Below are positions 38,936 to 48,734 of a stretch of DNA of 64,000 nt, one piece after another. The translations under genes were made by a program, and so were the position numbers. How positions within the stretch are numbered: position 1 is the stretch's first letter; each line of letters opens with the position of its first letter. The DNA is from Candidatus Cloacimonadales bacterium (lineage in GTDB: Bacteria; Cloacimonadota; Cloacimonadia; Cloacimonadales; JAFGVF01): the NCBI GenBank assembly GCA_963677495.2, contig CAXXOU010000004.1, positions 1,344,001-1,408,000 on the forward strand, written 5' to 3'. The notes below the pieces were generated by a model. The model was not told where the DNA came from and searched no databases. It saw only the letters and a program-made list of their open reading frames with translations.

Positions 38936-39427
38936 ATGAAAGAACTTATGTTAAAGGCTATCCGGGGTGGAATGAAAGCAGAGATGGATTCTGTAACACT
39001 TTATGAAAATGCAGCATCCAAGACTGATGATCCTGAGGTAAAGAAGTTCTTCTTAGATAGAGCTGAAGAAGAAAAAAAGCATTACAATTTCCTTCTCAGC
39101 TATTATGATGCTATGGATGGTGTGGGTGATATAGCTGAGATTGAATTGAAAGACCCATCAATTAGTCCTGCAATCTCTGAAAACTTTGTCAAAAGAATCA
39201 GTGAGGATCAGTTCCTATTCTCAGCAATTTCAACTGCAGTCTTACTCGAAAAAAATGGTATTGATTATTACAAGAAATGTGCTCAAGATACTAAAGATAT
39301 TAAAGCTCTCAGTGACTTCTTCCATATCTTAGCAGATTGGGAAATGAAGCATTACGATGAACTTTTAAAGATTCAGAAAGACGCTGAAGAGATCTATTGG
39401 AGACTTAATAGATTCGAACCGTTTTAG
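38936..39427 (+). CDS. Ferritin-like/rubrerythrin family protein
   Basis: Two E..H di-iron motifs (EEKKHY, WEMKHY). Confidence 0.85.
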   Translation: MKELMLKAIRGGMKAEMDSVTLYENAASKTDDPEVKKFFLDRAEEEKKHYNFLLSYYDAMDGVGDIAEIELKDPSISPAISENFVKRISEDQFLFSAISTAVLLEKNGIDYYKKCAQDTKDIKALSDFFHILADWEMKHYDELLKIQKDAEEIYWRLNRFEPF

Positions 39428-39451
39428 TCTGTAACTTAATGAGATTTGAGT

Positions 39452-39482
39452 AGAGTAGTGTTTAAAAGCACTACTCTTTTTT
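39452..39482 (+). terminator. Intrinsic terminator
   Basis: AGAGTAGTG/CACTACTCT stem plus T run. Confidence 0.85.
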
Positions 39483-39530
39483 ATATCTACGATTCCGTAC
39501 TCATCTCTCATCGAAGTTGTATACTTAACA

Positions 39531-39600
39531 ACGGGTAAACGACGGGTTGACCACGGCTCCCGTGGATTAGGCGTGGTTTACCCGTGGTTCATCTGTGGTT
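39531..39600. repeat. 11-bp-periodic inverted array (ACGG x3, then (C/T)GTGG x4)
   Basis: ACGG at 39531, 39542, 39553; CGTGG at 39561, 39572, 39583; TGTGG at 39594. Confidence 0.8.
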
Positions 39601-39858
39601 GGAAATCTTTCTGGAGTTAACCGACTACTTGTCAGGACATAGCTTCAAACAAAACAAAGACTTAGGTCGGTTTATCTGCCCACATAAACTCGGACTTACG
39701 TCGCAGCGATAACGTGACAGTGACGCAAGAACGAAACTGGCTTCTAGTTGTCGGAATTAGCGATTCCCACTTTGTTGTGTGTGTGAATCACTTCTTCCTT
39801 AGTCATCAAACATCTACAACTCTTCTGCGATAACACAAACTTTAACTAAACTCTTTAT

Positions 39859-40115
39859 CAAAACGCAGACATCCCACTGTTTTCCCACTGTGCACGCACT
39901 GTGCACCCAGTGAAACAGTGGGTTGGCAGTGCCTTCACAGTGCGTGCACAGTGCAGACACAGTGCGTTGGTAGATAGAGTAGTAAAAGAGTGTGAATAGG
40001 GCAATAAATATAGCTAAGTTATTGCAAAAGGCACTGTGTATGTCTACGATAGCTGGAGTCATAGTAAAAGTGTCAAAAACACAACGTTATGACTCAAATG
40101 TTGAAAGTTATGGCA
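39859..40115 (+). repeat. Composite intergenic repeat, copy 2 (shortened 3' module)
   Basis: CACTG at 39875, 39886, 39897; CAGTG at 39908, then 39916-39960 every 11 bp; same linker as copy 1. Confidence 0.9.
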
Positions 40116-40123
40116 TAGACGAT

Positions 40124-40462
40124 TTATACTTTTAACTCAACCCACGTATCTATAGCTCTTCTAAGATGCGGAATTACAATTGAACCACCGACTATGAGAG
40201 CTACATTTAAAGTCTCTATTACTTCCTCATCAGTTACACCTTCTTGCATACATCTATCCAGGTGGTACATGATGCAATCATCGCATCGAAGGACAGCAGA
40301 AGCAACTAACCCAAGCATCTCTTTTGTTTTTTCAGCTAGAGCACCCTCTTTATAAGTATTTGTATCCAAGTTAAGAAAACGTTTGGTTGTCTTATTTCCA
40401 TACTGGTCTAAAAGCTTATTAAGTCTTTCTCTTTCCACTCTAAAAGCATCAATTTTATTCAT
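40124..40462 (-). CDS. Carboxymuconolactone decarboxylase/AhpD family protein
   Basis: KTKEMLGLVAS.VLRCDDCIMYH. Confidence 0.88.
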   Translation of the reverse strand: MNKIDAFRVERERLNKLLDQYGNKTTKRFLNLDTNTYKEGALAEKTKEMLGLVASAVLRCDDCIMYHLDRCMQEGVTDEEVIETLNVALIVGGSIVIPHLRRAIDTWVELKV

Positions 40463-40589
40463 AGTATTGCTCCAAAAGTAATTTTTGATTATTTTATAGT
40501 TGACTATAGAGCAAAGATGATTTGTAAAGATATTTATGGACTAGAACTAAGTGAGAAATAGATAGAATTTTGATAAACATGGAGATACA

Positions 40590-42629
40590 ATGAGAAAAGT
40601 TATTCTATTATGCCTTTTGGCAGTAAGTTTGAGTGGTCTGTTTTCTGCAGAAAGCGAACTTTTTTACAGAACCCAAAGGTGGTTTGAGTTTAATCCATCT
40701 TCCCTACCAAATTGGATGACTCCGGAAGAATCAGCAAGAGTTGATGAAATTGGGCGTAACTTTCAGGAGACACCTCCCCCACCTGCACCTGTAAGAGCTG
40801 TTGCAGAATATGAACCAATGGATGCTGTTATGATTAGATACCCACTAGGTATCCCTGTTGATTTTATTGCGATGATGTCTCAAGAAATTGAGGTTATCAC
40901 TCTTGTAAGCAGTTATGAGCAGAGTAGCTGTAGCTCTACTTTCCAATCAGGTGGCGTGAATATGAGTAATGTGACTTACTTAAATACTTCCACTGACTCA
41001 TATTGGGCAAGAGATTACGGTCCTTGGTTTATTATGGATGGCAATGATGAATTAAGTGTTGTTGACTTCGTTTATAATAGACCTCGTCCAAATGATGACG
41101 AAGTGCCGATTACTTTTGCAAACACTTATGGTTTAAACCTATTTGGCATGAACCTTGAGCAAACAGGTGGTAATTATATGTGTAATGACCTTGGTGTTGC
41201 TGCACAAAGTCATATTGCATATACTGAGAATGGGAATAATCAAGCAAATGTTGATAATCTGATGCAACAATATTTAGGCATCACTGACCTTCATGTGATA
41301 CAGGACCCTAATAACACATATATTGATCATATAGACTGCTGGGGTAAATTCTTAGCACCGGATAAAGTACTTATCAGAAGTGTTGCACAATCTCATGCTC
41401 AATACGATGAATTGGAAGAAGTAGCTGCTTACTTTGCAACTTTAGATTGTGGTTGGGGATATCCTTTCGAAGTGATTCGTGTTTATACTCCGAATGACCA
41501 GCCATATTCAAATTCTCTTATTTTGAATAATAGAGTTTTTGTTCCTATTACAGGCAGTTCACATGATGCTGCTGCTTTACAGGTTTATGCTGACGCTATG
41601 CCCGGTTATGAAATTAATGGAATAGTGAACAATACATGGAATGGTTGGGAATCAACAGATGCCCTTCACTGTAGAACTCACGAGCTTGCTGATGAAGATA
41701 TGCTCTATGTTCAACACATACCTTATTTTGGTGAGCAACCTTTTGCTCCTATGACATTTGAAGCTTATATCTACCCATATAGTGGTTCTGCATTGTATGC
41801 AGACTCTTTATATGTTGAGATAGTACAGCCAGATAGCCCAACCCGAATGATGTACCCTTTAACTCAATTAAGTGGAAATGTTTATACTACTCAAGAGTTC
41901 TATCCGGAGCCTGGAGCAACATATCAATATGCGATTCATGCAGCTGATGAATCAGGTCGTTCAGCGAGTCAACCAATAATGGGTTTAACAGATCCACATG
42001 AGTTTACAACTGAAGCGGATCAAATAGCCCCCAGTATTGTTCATACTGCTCTAGAATCATCTGATGATACGGTTTTACCTTTACCAATATCTGCTGAAGT
42101 TACAGATAATTACCAGGTTCTCTCAGTGTACATGGAATATGAGATTGGTGGTGAAACTAGTATATTATCGTTAGTTAATCAGGGAAATGATACATTTAGT
42201 GCTGACTTTAATCATGACTCCACAGGAACATTCAGTGTGAGTTACAGAATTGTTGCTGAAGATGGTACTAACACAACTTACTATCCTGAGGGTAGATGGT
42301 ATAACTTCACAATTACATCAACAAATAATGAAGATAATCTACAGGTAATTGCAGCAAACTCCTTTGATTCTGTATACCCTTCACCAGCACTATTGAATTC
42401 AAGAACTGTCACCTTAAAATACAGCTCAGATTCAGAGCCTACATTTACTGTTTTCAACGTGAAAGGACAGAAAATGAAGACTATTACAGGGTCATACGGT
42501 AAGAATCAGAGCTCTGTGAACTGGGATTTAACAGATACTAACAACAAACAAGTTCCATCTGGGATTTACTTCATTCATATGAAGAATGCAAACTTTAAAG
42601 CTACAACTAAATTACTCGTTATAGAGTAG
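40590..42629 (+). CDS. Secreted agmatine/peptidylarginine deiminase family protein with T9SS-type CTD
   Basis: Signal peptide; AEYEP, W.RDYGP, GGN, HIDC, ALHCRT catalytic motifs; CTD FNVKGQ...SGIYF. Confidence 0.88.
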   Translation: MRKVILLCLLAVSLSGLFSAESELFYRTQRWFEFNPSSLPNWMTPEESARVDEIGRNFQETPPPPAPVRAVAEYEPMDAVMIRYPLGIPVDFIAMMSQEIEVITLVSSYEQSSCSSTFQSGGVNMSNVTYLNTSTDSYWARDYGPWFIMDGNDELSVVDFVYNRPRPNDDEVPITFANTYGLNLFGMNLEQTGGNYMCNDLGVAAQSHIAYTENGNNQANVDNLMQQYLGITDLHVIQDPNNTYIDHIDCWGKFLAPDKVLIRSVAQSHAQYDELEEVAAYFATLDCGWGYPFEVIRVYTPNDQPYSNSLILNNRVFVPITGSSHDAAALQVYADAMPGYEINGIVNNTWNGWESTDALHCRTHELADEDMLYVQHIPYFGEQPFAPMTFEAYIYPYSGSALYADSLYVEIVQPDSPTRMMYPLTQLSGNVYTTQEFYPEPGATYQYAIHAADESGRSASQPIMGLTDPHEFTTEADQIAPSIVHTALESSDDTVLPLPISAEVTDNYQVLSVYMEYEIGGETSILSLVNQGNDTFSADFNHDSTGTFSVSYRIVAEDGTNTTYYPEGRWYNFTITSTNNEDNLQVIAANSFDSVYPSPALLNSRTVTLKYSSDSEPTFTVFNVKGQKMKTITGSYGKNQSSVNWDLTDTNNKQVPSGIYFIHMKNANFKATTKLLVIE

Positions 42630-42648
42630 AATTTAAACTTATATATTT

Positions 42649-42673
42649 GGGCAGTTTATACTGCCCTTTTTTT
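42649..42673 (+). terminator. Intrinsic terminator
   Basis: GGGCAG/CTGCCC stem plus T run. Confidence 0.8.
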
Positions 42674-42779
42674 GTATATGTTGAATCTTCATTTCAAAAT
42701 TACATAAAAAAGCTTGATTCTTATCATTTAACTATGCATAATGACATTATATTACTAACTCGCGATCATAGGGGACTAA

Positions 42780-44093
42780 ATGGATGCATATATTGCTATA
42801 TGTATAGCACTGATTTTTATTGATATTGCTCTTCTTTATGCTCTTTCTAAAATGAAAAAGGCAAACAAAGAGCTATCCGATAAGATAATTAAACTTACCG
42901 GACACATGGGATCAGATTCAGATCTGCAGATTCCGGAAGCATCGGATGCACAACAAGCACGAAAACTGGAAATACTTGGTCGCCTAGCTATAGGTATCGC
43001 ACATGATTTCAATAATGTACTTCAAGTTATAAATGGGCAATCTGAGTTAATGTTAAACAAGTTTTCTGACCAACCTGAAGTGATAAAGAACCTTCATACT
43101 GTTATTATAGCAGGTGAAAAAGGTGCTTCACTTGCAAGGCAATTATTAGTATTCTCCAGAAAAAAAGAGACTGAGCTAAAACCGGTAGATGTTAATGATG
43201 TAATAAAACCTATGAAAAAGATGCTTGAAAGAGTGATTGGTGAAAACATTCGATTAAATGTACAATTCAACCCCAGGTGTAGTATGGTGATGGCTGATGA
43301 AGTACTTATTGAAGAGATTCTAATGAATCTTACAGTTAATGCTCGTGATGCTATGCTGTTTGGTGGAAATATCACAATTAAAATCGAGGATATACTACCC
43401 GATAAATCAGTGGTTGCGAGAATAACTGAAGCTGAGCATATAAACTATCTTCGATTAACCATTCAAGATGAAGGTGAAGGCATACCAGAAGAGATTCTGG
43501 GAAACATATTTGATCCATTCTTCACTACGAAAGCAGATGATAAAGGTACAGGACTTGGTTTAGCAACTGTATATGGAATCACCCGACAGCTAGGAGGATT
43601 TATTGATGTTGTATCTAAACTTGGTATCGGTACTACATTCCATATTTACCTACCGGCTACTGATGAACGACGTGACATGGAACTAAACTTCCCTACAGAA
43701 GATGAGGTTTGTGTAAATAAAGATAAGAACATTCTAATCCTTGAAGATGATGCCATGGTCAATAAGTTAATCAATGACGTTATCTCATGTGATGGAATGA
43801 ATGTATATAGTGTTTATGATATTGCAGAAGCAACTGCAGTCTATGAGGAGCGAAAAGATGAATTAGACTTAATAATCTCTGATATTATACTTCCGGATGG
43901 AAATGGACCGGAGTTTGTTAAAGGTCTAATCGAAAATGGTATGGATCTTCCATTTATCCTTATTAGTGGTTACACAGAAGATAAGTTGCAGGTTGAAAAG
44001 ATTATTGATAAGGAACACTATTTCTTACATAAGCCATTTACAGTTCCGGATTTGAGAAACACTGTAAACAAAGCTTTATCACAGTCAGATTAG
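42780..44093 (+). CDS. Hybrid histidine kinase/response regulator (CckA-like)
   Basis: AHDFNN H-box, NL.VNARDAM, PFFTTK..GTGLGL, receiver ILEDD...SDIILP. Confidence 0.9.
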   Translation: MDAYIAICIALIFIDIALLYALSKMKKANKELSDKIIKLTGHMGSDSDLQIPEASDAQQARKLEILGRLAIGIAHDFNNVLQVINGQSELMLNKFSDQPEVIKNLHTVIIAGEKGASLARQLLVFSRKKETELKPVDVNDVIKPMKKMLERVIGENIRLNVQFNPRCSMVMADEVLIEEILMNLTVNARDAMLFGGNITIKIEDILPDKSVVARITEAEHINYLRLTIQDEGEGIPEEILGNIFDPFFTTKADDKGTGLGLATVYGITRQLGGFIDVVSKLGIGTTFHIYLPATDERRDMELNFPTEDEVCVNKDKNILILEDDAMVNKLINDVISCDGMNVYSVYDIAEATAVYEERKDELDLIISDIILPDGNGPEFVKGLIENGMDLPFILISGYTEDKLQVEKIIDKEHYFLHKPFTVPDLRNTVNKALSQSD

Positions 44094-44096
44094 TTG

Positions 44097-45068
44097 TTAT
44101 TTACCCCTTAAAACTGTCCTGATTTTACTTCTAATCAATTTGTTAACTGATTGTAGTATGTTTCTCTTTGTTCTAATCTGAGCTATTGCTGTTTCTTTTG
44201 ATTGATTATTCAGCAAATCATTATAAACCTCCGATAAACCGGCAAATCTATACCCCTTACTTTTGCAGTACTTGATAAAGTCATGTAGTTTCTGAATATC
44301 ACCTAAATCAGGCTTAAACTGCGTATAAGTCGGGTTCCACTTAATAAGAGAATAACTATGAAGAAAGAGAGTGACATATTTCATCCCACTAATATTTAAA
44401 GCGTCTACTGCAAGTGTTAACTCCTCTAATGAACAGCTGTCAATATCCAACTTCTTCATAAGTGTTCTTTGTTTTATAGAAAATGGACCAAACTTGTAAT
44501 TTATACTATTATTGAATACGGTAACAGGGAACTCAGTAACTCTACCTTGTTGAGAAAGAATGTTTGGTTTCATGTTTTCAATTGAGCAATTTCTATGATT
44601 TGGAAAGAATGATGAATCCAGATGAATGCCAAACTCGGTCATGACTTCGAGAGTTGCGTTATTAGCGCCATAACCACCAGCTCTGAAGGCAATCGGTTTT
44701 ACCTTAGTAGTTTCCCTCATCTTCTTCAGAGATGCTTCAAATATGCATCTTTGCTCATCAAAAGAGTAATCTCGGAGCAGTGGTCTTTCAGCATCTAAGC
44801 AAAACTGTGGGTGAATATGTAGCTGTATATCACTTCCTTGCTCTAGAATGCTATAATTGAGCTTAGAAAACTTGTCATTAGAATGACCAATCTCGGCAAA
44901 ATCGACAAAGAAACTTCCATGGATATTATGCTCTGAGAACACATCAAGTATTCTTGGCACTCCATAGCTTTCCTTCCCGATTTTACCGAGAATCAGTCTA
45001 TCAAAATCTCCTAATCTTGTAAGCGATCTAATCGCTTCTACATCTATTGTTGGTATGATTGTTAGCAT
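44097..45068 (-). CDS. Polysaccharide deacetylase family protein
   Basis: TIDVE, QLHIHP, FRAGGY, DSS. Confidence 0.8.
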   Translation of the reverse strand: MLTIIPTIDVEAIRSLTRLGDFDRLILGKIGKESYGVPRILDVFSEHNIHGSFFVDFAEIGHSNDKFSKLNYSILEQGSDIQLHIHPQFCLDAERPLLRDYSFDEQRCIFEASLKKMRETTKVKPIAFRAGGYGANNATLEVMTEFGIHLDSSFFPNHRNCSIENMKPNILSQQGRVTEFPVTVFNNSINYKFGPFSIKQRTLMKKLDIDSCSLEELTLAVDALNISGMKYVTLFLHSYSLIKWNPTYTQFKPDLGDIQKLHDFIKYCKSKGYRFAGLSEVYNDLLNNQSKETAIAQIRTKRNILQSVNKLIRSKIRTVLRGK

Positions 45069-45820
45069 TTCTTTTGAGCAATCAGAAGATATCCAGTTGT
45101 AAAATCTGAATCATATTCCAGTTTATCTAAGCTGAGTAGTATATATATTAATACATTTAACCAGATTGGTGCAAGAAGAGCTCTTAACAGAATTACCAGG
45201 CTTAAGAGAAGATATCCGATTTTAACAAAACCCTTACTCTGTCTGGTTTTGCTAATCACCCATGCCATTTTTGTTCTTATGAATCTCTTCTTTAGTCTGG
45301 CTTGCATTGCGTAATAACCACCCAATGGCACAGCTTTTATCGAAGTAAATCCGTTTTGTTCAGCTAGTAATTTCAGACCATATTCTGTTGTCCGCCAATA
45401 ATTATCCGGTGCATTCCATATTGGATATAGAAAATCACTAGATAGGAAAAGATAACCTTTTGGTTTTAGGACTCGATTTATCTCTTTAAAGAATTCATGC
45501 ATGTCTTTAAATACTGGTAAAACCTGAAAGTTTAAAACAGAATCAAAAGACTCATTTTCAAAAGGAAGTTTAGTTCCATCATTGCAAATGACATCTGTAT
45601 CAGAAGGTAATTTATCCAAATTACTATAATAATCTTCTGAATTAGTTCCGATCATAGTATCAACATTCTTAAACAGTTTTTGATATGGTTTCTTTCCACA
45701 ACCAATATCAAGTACTTTACCGTTTACCAAGTATTGATTCTTTTTTATTGCAGAACCCAATAGATGGTGGAATGTTTGGAATATCCACCTATCAACGAAA
45801 CTATAATATAGTTTTCTCAT
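45062..45820 (-). CDS. Class I SAM-dependent methyltransferase
   Basis: VLDIGCG, LPF..ESFD, RVLKPKG. Confidence 0.85.
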   Translation of the reverse strand: MRKLYYSFVDRWIFQTFHHLLGSAIKKNQYLVNGKVLDIGCGKKPYQKLFKNVDTMIGTNSEDYYSNLDKLPSDTDVICNDGTKLPFENESFDSVLNFQVLPVFKDMHEFFKEINRVLKPKGYLFLSSDFLYPIWNAPDNYWRTTEYGLKLLAEQNGFTSIKAVPLGGYYAMQARLKKRFIRTKMAWVISKTRQSKGFVKIGYLLLSLVILLRALLAPIWLNVLIYILLSLDKLEYDSDFTTGYLLIAQKKC

Positions 45821-45932
45821 TAACTCTCAAATTATATAACTTTAAAATACATACACTAATCTGTACAAGCATTTTGTACTTGAATTCTTTTATCAATCTC
45901 ATCATCCAATAACTCTCTAGTAATAATTTGAT

Positions 45933-48686
45933 TTAGCGAATTATAAGCAGTTTTTTTATCAAGCTATTTTTTCCATCTTTATATTTGTAGAAATAGATGC
46001 CTGAAGCAACTTTCTCATTTCTGTCAGATAAGCCATCCCATTTGTAAGAATTTTTTCCAGCTAGATAATCAGTATTCACTCTTTTAACTAGTTGTCCTCT
46101 TAGATTAAATACTTCTAAGGATGCTTGTGAGTTATTTTCTTTAACTGGCAGGATAAATGTCAATTCATTATCTAAACTCAAGTTGAAAGGATTTGGGAAA
46201 TGTGTGAGGCAAGTGTTGATCAGTTCTACATTCTCTGATAAAACTGATTGATTTACAATGGTTGCGATTATAGGATAGTAATCCAAATTAGTTCTGTTAA
46301 TCGACAAAGATTCTATAGCTATGTAAGTAGAGTCGAAAAATGTTTCACTACGTACTTGCATAACGACTTGACTCAATATTCCTGTTTCAGGTAACGGATT
46401 TATTCCAGCTGCTGTGAGGTATATTAGAGAATTTTGACTACTAAAAGAGTATTGCCAATTATCAGGGATATCGAATAGGTCAAATCTTTGAAAATCAAAC
46501 AGCTCATCATTATATGAAAGAATCAAATCAAGACTATATATACTATTCGATGCAGTGTATATTACAGGAACAGAAAAGATTTCAGTGTTCTCATTGACTT
46601 CACGATTTAGATGTAAGTATTCAATACTTTCATTAGAGATATCGAAGCACTCAGAGTTTGGTAATGAAGGAATAGTTTCGTTTATATAAGCACTCAAAGT
46701 TGCTGAATCATAAGCTGTTACATACTCATCAGTATCAACGTCAGCATTCTGTAACTGAACGTTTGTCAATTCTCTTGATCCAGAACATGCATCAAGTATA
46801 TACTGGCAATCAGATTCATCAAGAGAATAGTCAAGATTTACATCCCCAATTAAATCACTGTAAGATAATATTGCTCCATCAGAAGTATCATCAAAACTAT
46901 AAATCTCATTATAAGTGCCTTCAATGATTACACAATCTGTATAAGTACACTCAACATCAAGTCTAAAAATAAATGAAAAGATTGTATTTGATGTAATATA
47001 AACAGGATCACCGGACGCCTCTATTGTGACTATTCCATTAATATTGGAGACATCGAATGACCAGTTATTGTCAGTTAGCTCTGTATTAACTTCTGAGATC
47101 CCTAGATTAGTTAAAATGTTTTCCTCATATTGGACAGAAACATCAAAATTATCAATATAACAGTTCATATCACAGAAATCAATGTCCATTTCTGCAGTTT
47201 GACCAACTTGTACATTCTCTTCACTCAAGCTAACAGTTTTATATACTCTTCCAGATTGATTGAATCTGTGAAATGAGTTAACTGGTAATCCGGAATCTGT
47301 AGTAACTGTTCCATCTACCCACTCAATTACAATTGAATCTATTACTGTTGCTTGTCCAAGTCCAAAATGACTAACTATCGTATCTTGACTATTTCTACTT
47401 GATTGAACAAGAACTTTCCTCATTTGCCATTCAGAAGAGCCATCATCATCTGTATCAGCTAGAACCTTTATAATCGCACCAATACTTGTATACTCTCCAG
47501 GTATTTCTTGAAGAGGTATTTGTACCCAGTTATTGCTATTGCCAAGGTTACTATACAAGTTGTTCATCTCAGCCATTCCGGCATAACCGGCTCCACTAGA
47601 TTCAAAAAAGTCTAAACATCCATCATTATTGAAGTCTGCTACTGCCATTGAAATAGTAGGAAGGTTTGCTACATTAACTGATGAAGTAAAGTCTTCCATA
47701 TCAAATGTTCCATCTCCTTGATTCAGATAGAGATAGTTCTCGTATAAATTCCCAATTATTAAATCCAGCCAACCATTGTTATCAAAGTCTCCCCAACATG
47801 CTGTCCTAGAAAAGTTTTGTCCTGCAACAATATCAAAATCATTTGAAAGGGCAAATTGATTATCGTTATTTATAAGCAAATAGTTATCTGCATCCCCTGC
47901 AGCAGTTATGAATACATCTAAATCTAAGTCATTGTCAAAATCGGCCCATGTTGCTGAATTTCCACCTGGACATAATTCATATATAGTATGTTCTTCCGTA
48001 TATTCATATGTTCCATCAGCATTATTCATGAAAACAGCAGGTGGTTCATACATATTTTGAATGTATAGATCTTCGAGCCCATCAGAATTTAAATCAATCC
48101 ATGTACTACCATGCGTAGTGTAAGATGTATTCGAAAGTCCACATGAAAGATCTCGAGTAAAAGTTCCAGTACCATTATTTATGAAAAGTTGGTTGAAACC
48201 GGGTCCTAGGTCCCCAATAAACAAATCAATATCCCCATCGTGGTCAATATCACTCCAACTACAGCAATAACTTTGTTGCATGAAATCAAATTCTGAGCTT
48301 GTTAATGTATTCCAACTCCCATAAGCATACTGATATGCCAAGTAGTGAGGGGTGGAGTTCTCTGATAATAAGAGAATATCCATTAACCCATTACATGTAA
48401 AATCAGTTATTGTTCCCATGATATAAGGACCACTAACATTGCATAAGGGGTGGTCATTGTATGATGAGAAGTAGTTTCCATTGACATTCAGATAGATTTC
48501 ATTGTTTCTATCATTAAAATTGACAATTATCAAATCCTGAAATGTGTCATTATTGAGGTCACCCCAGGAACAACCTAATGAGTTTGAAGGTCTTGTAGAT
48601 ATGCCTAATGGTGTACGTTGAAAAACTTGTGCTTGCAAAACTACTATGAGCAGCTGGGAAACGACTAATAGAATTATTCTTTTCAT
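45933..48686 (-). CDS. Secreted FG-GAP/ASPIC-UnbV (CRTAC1-like) protein with cohesin-dockerin-cohesin modules and T9SS-type CTD
   Basis: Signal peptide; W.DFDNDG..D repeats; IGA.I.V...HFGLG; duplicated dockerin motif GDVN.D...ADVD.D..VTAYD; CTD FPNPFN...FNLRGQLV. Confidence 0.8.
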   Translation of the reverse strand: MKRIILLVVSQLLIVVLQAQVFQRTPLGISTRPSNSLGCSWGDLNNDTFQDLIIVNFNDRNNEIYLNVNGNYFSSYNDHPLCNVSGPYIMGTITDFTCNGLMDILLLSENSTPHYLAYQYAYGSWNTLTSSEFDFMQQSYCCSWSDIDHDGDIDLFIGDLGPGFNQLFINNGTGTFTRDLSCGLSNTSYTTHGSTWIDLNSDGLEDLYIQNMYEPPAVFMNNADGTYEYTEEHTIYELCPGGNSATWADFDNDLDLDVFITAAGDADNYLLINNDNQFALSNDFDIVAGQNFSRTACWGDFDNNGWLDLIIGNLYENYLYLNQGDGTFDMEDFTSSVNVANLPTISMAVADFNNDGCLDFFESSGAGYAGMAEMNNLYSNLGNSNNWVQIPLQEIPGEYTSIGAIIKVLADTDDDGSSEWQMRKVLVQSSRNSQDTIVSHFGLGQATVIDSIVIEWVDGTVTTDSGLPVNSFHRFNQSGRVYKTVSLSEENVQVGQTAEMDIDFCDMNCYIDNFDVSVQYEENILTNLGISEVNTELTDNNWSFDVSNINGIVTIEASGDPVYITSNTIFSFIFRLDVECTYTDCVIIEGTYNEIYSFDDTSDGAILSYSDLIGDVNLDYSLDESDCQYILDACSGSRELTNVQLQNADVDTDEYVTAYDSATLSAYINETIPSLPNSECFDISNESIEYLHLNREVNENTEIFSVPVIYTASNSIYSLDLILSYNDELFDFQRFDLFDIPDNWQYSFSSQNSLIYLTAAGINPLPETGILSQVVMQVRSETFFDSTYIAIESLSINRTNLDYYPIIATIVNQSVLSENVELINTCLTHFPNPFNLSLDNELTFILPVKENNSQASLEVFNLRGQLVKRVNTDYLAGKNSYKWDGLSDRNEKVASGIYFYKYKDGKNSLIKKLLIIR

Positions 48687-48734
48687 GGTATCCTCCTATA
48701 ATGTTAATTAAGAGGATAATTTTCTAGTAGTCAA

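Noticed and set aside
39814..40062. 82-aa ORF, and similar ORFs 57369-57608 and 57430-57720
   Set aside because: They are translations of the repeat element (shared ALCTHCEGT...HSACTVGKQW); starts and stops are not conserved between copies.
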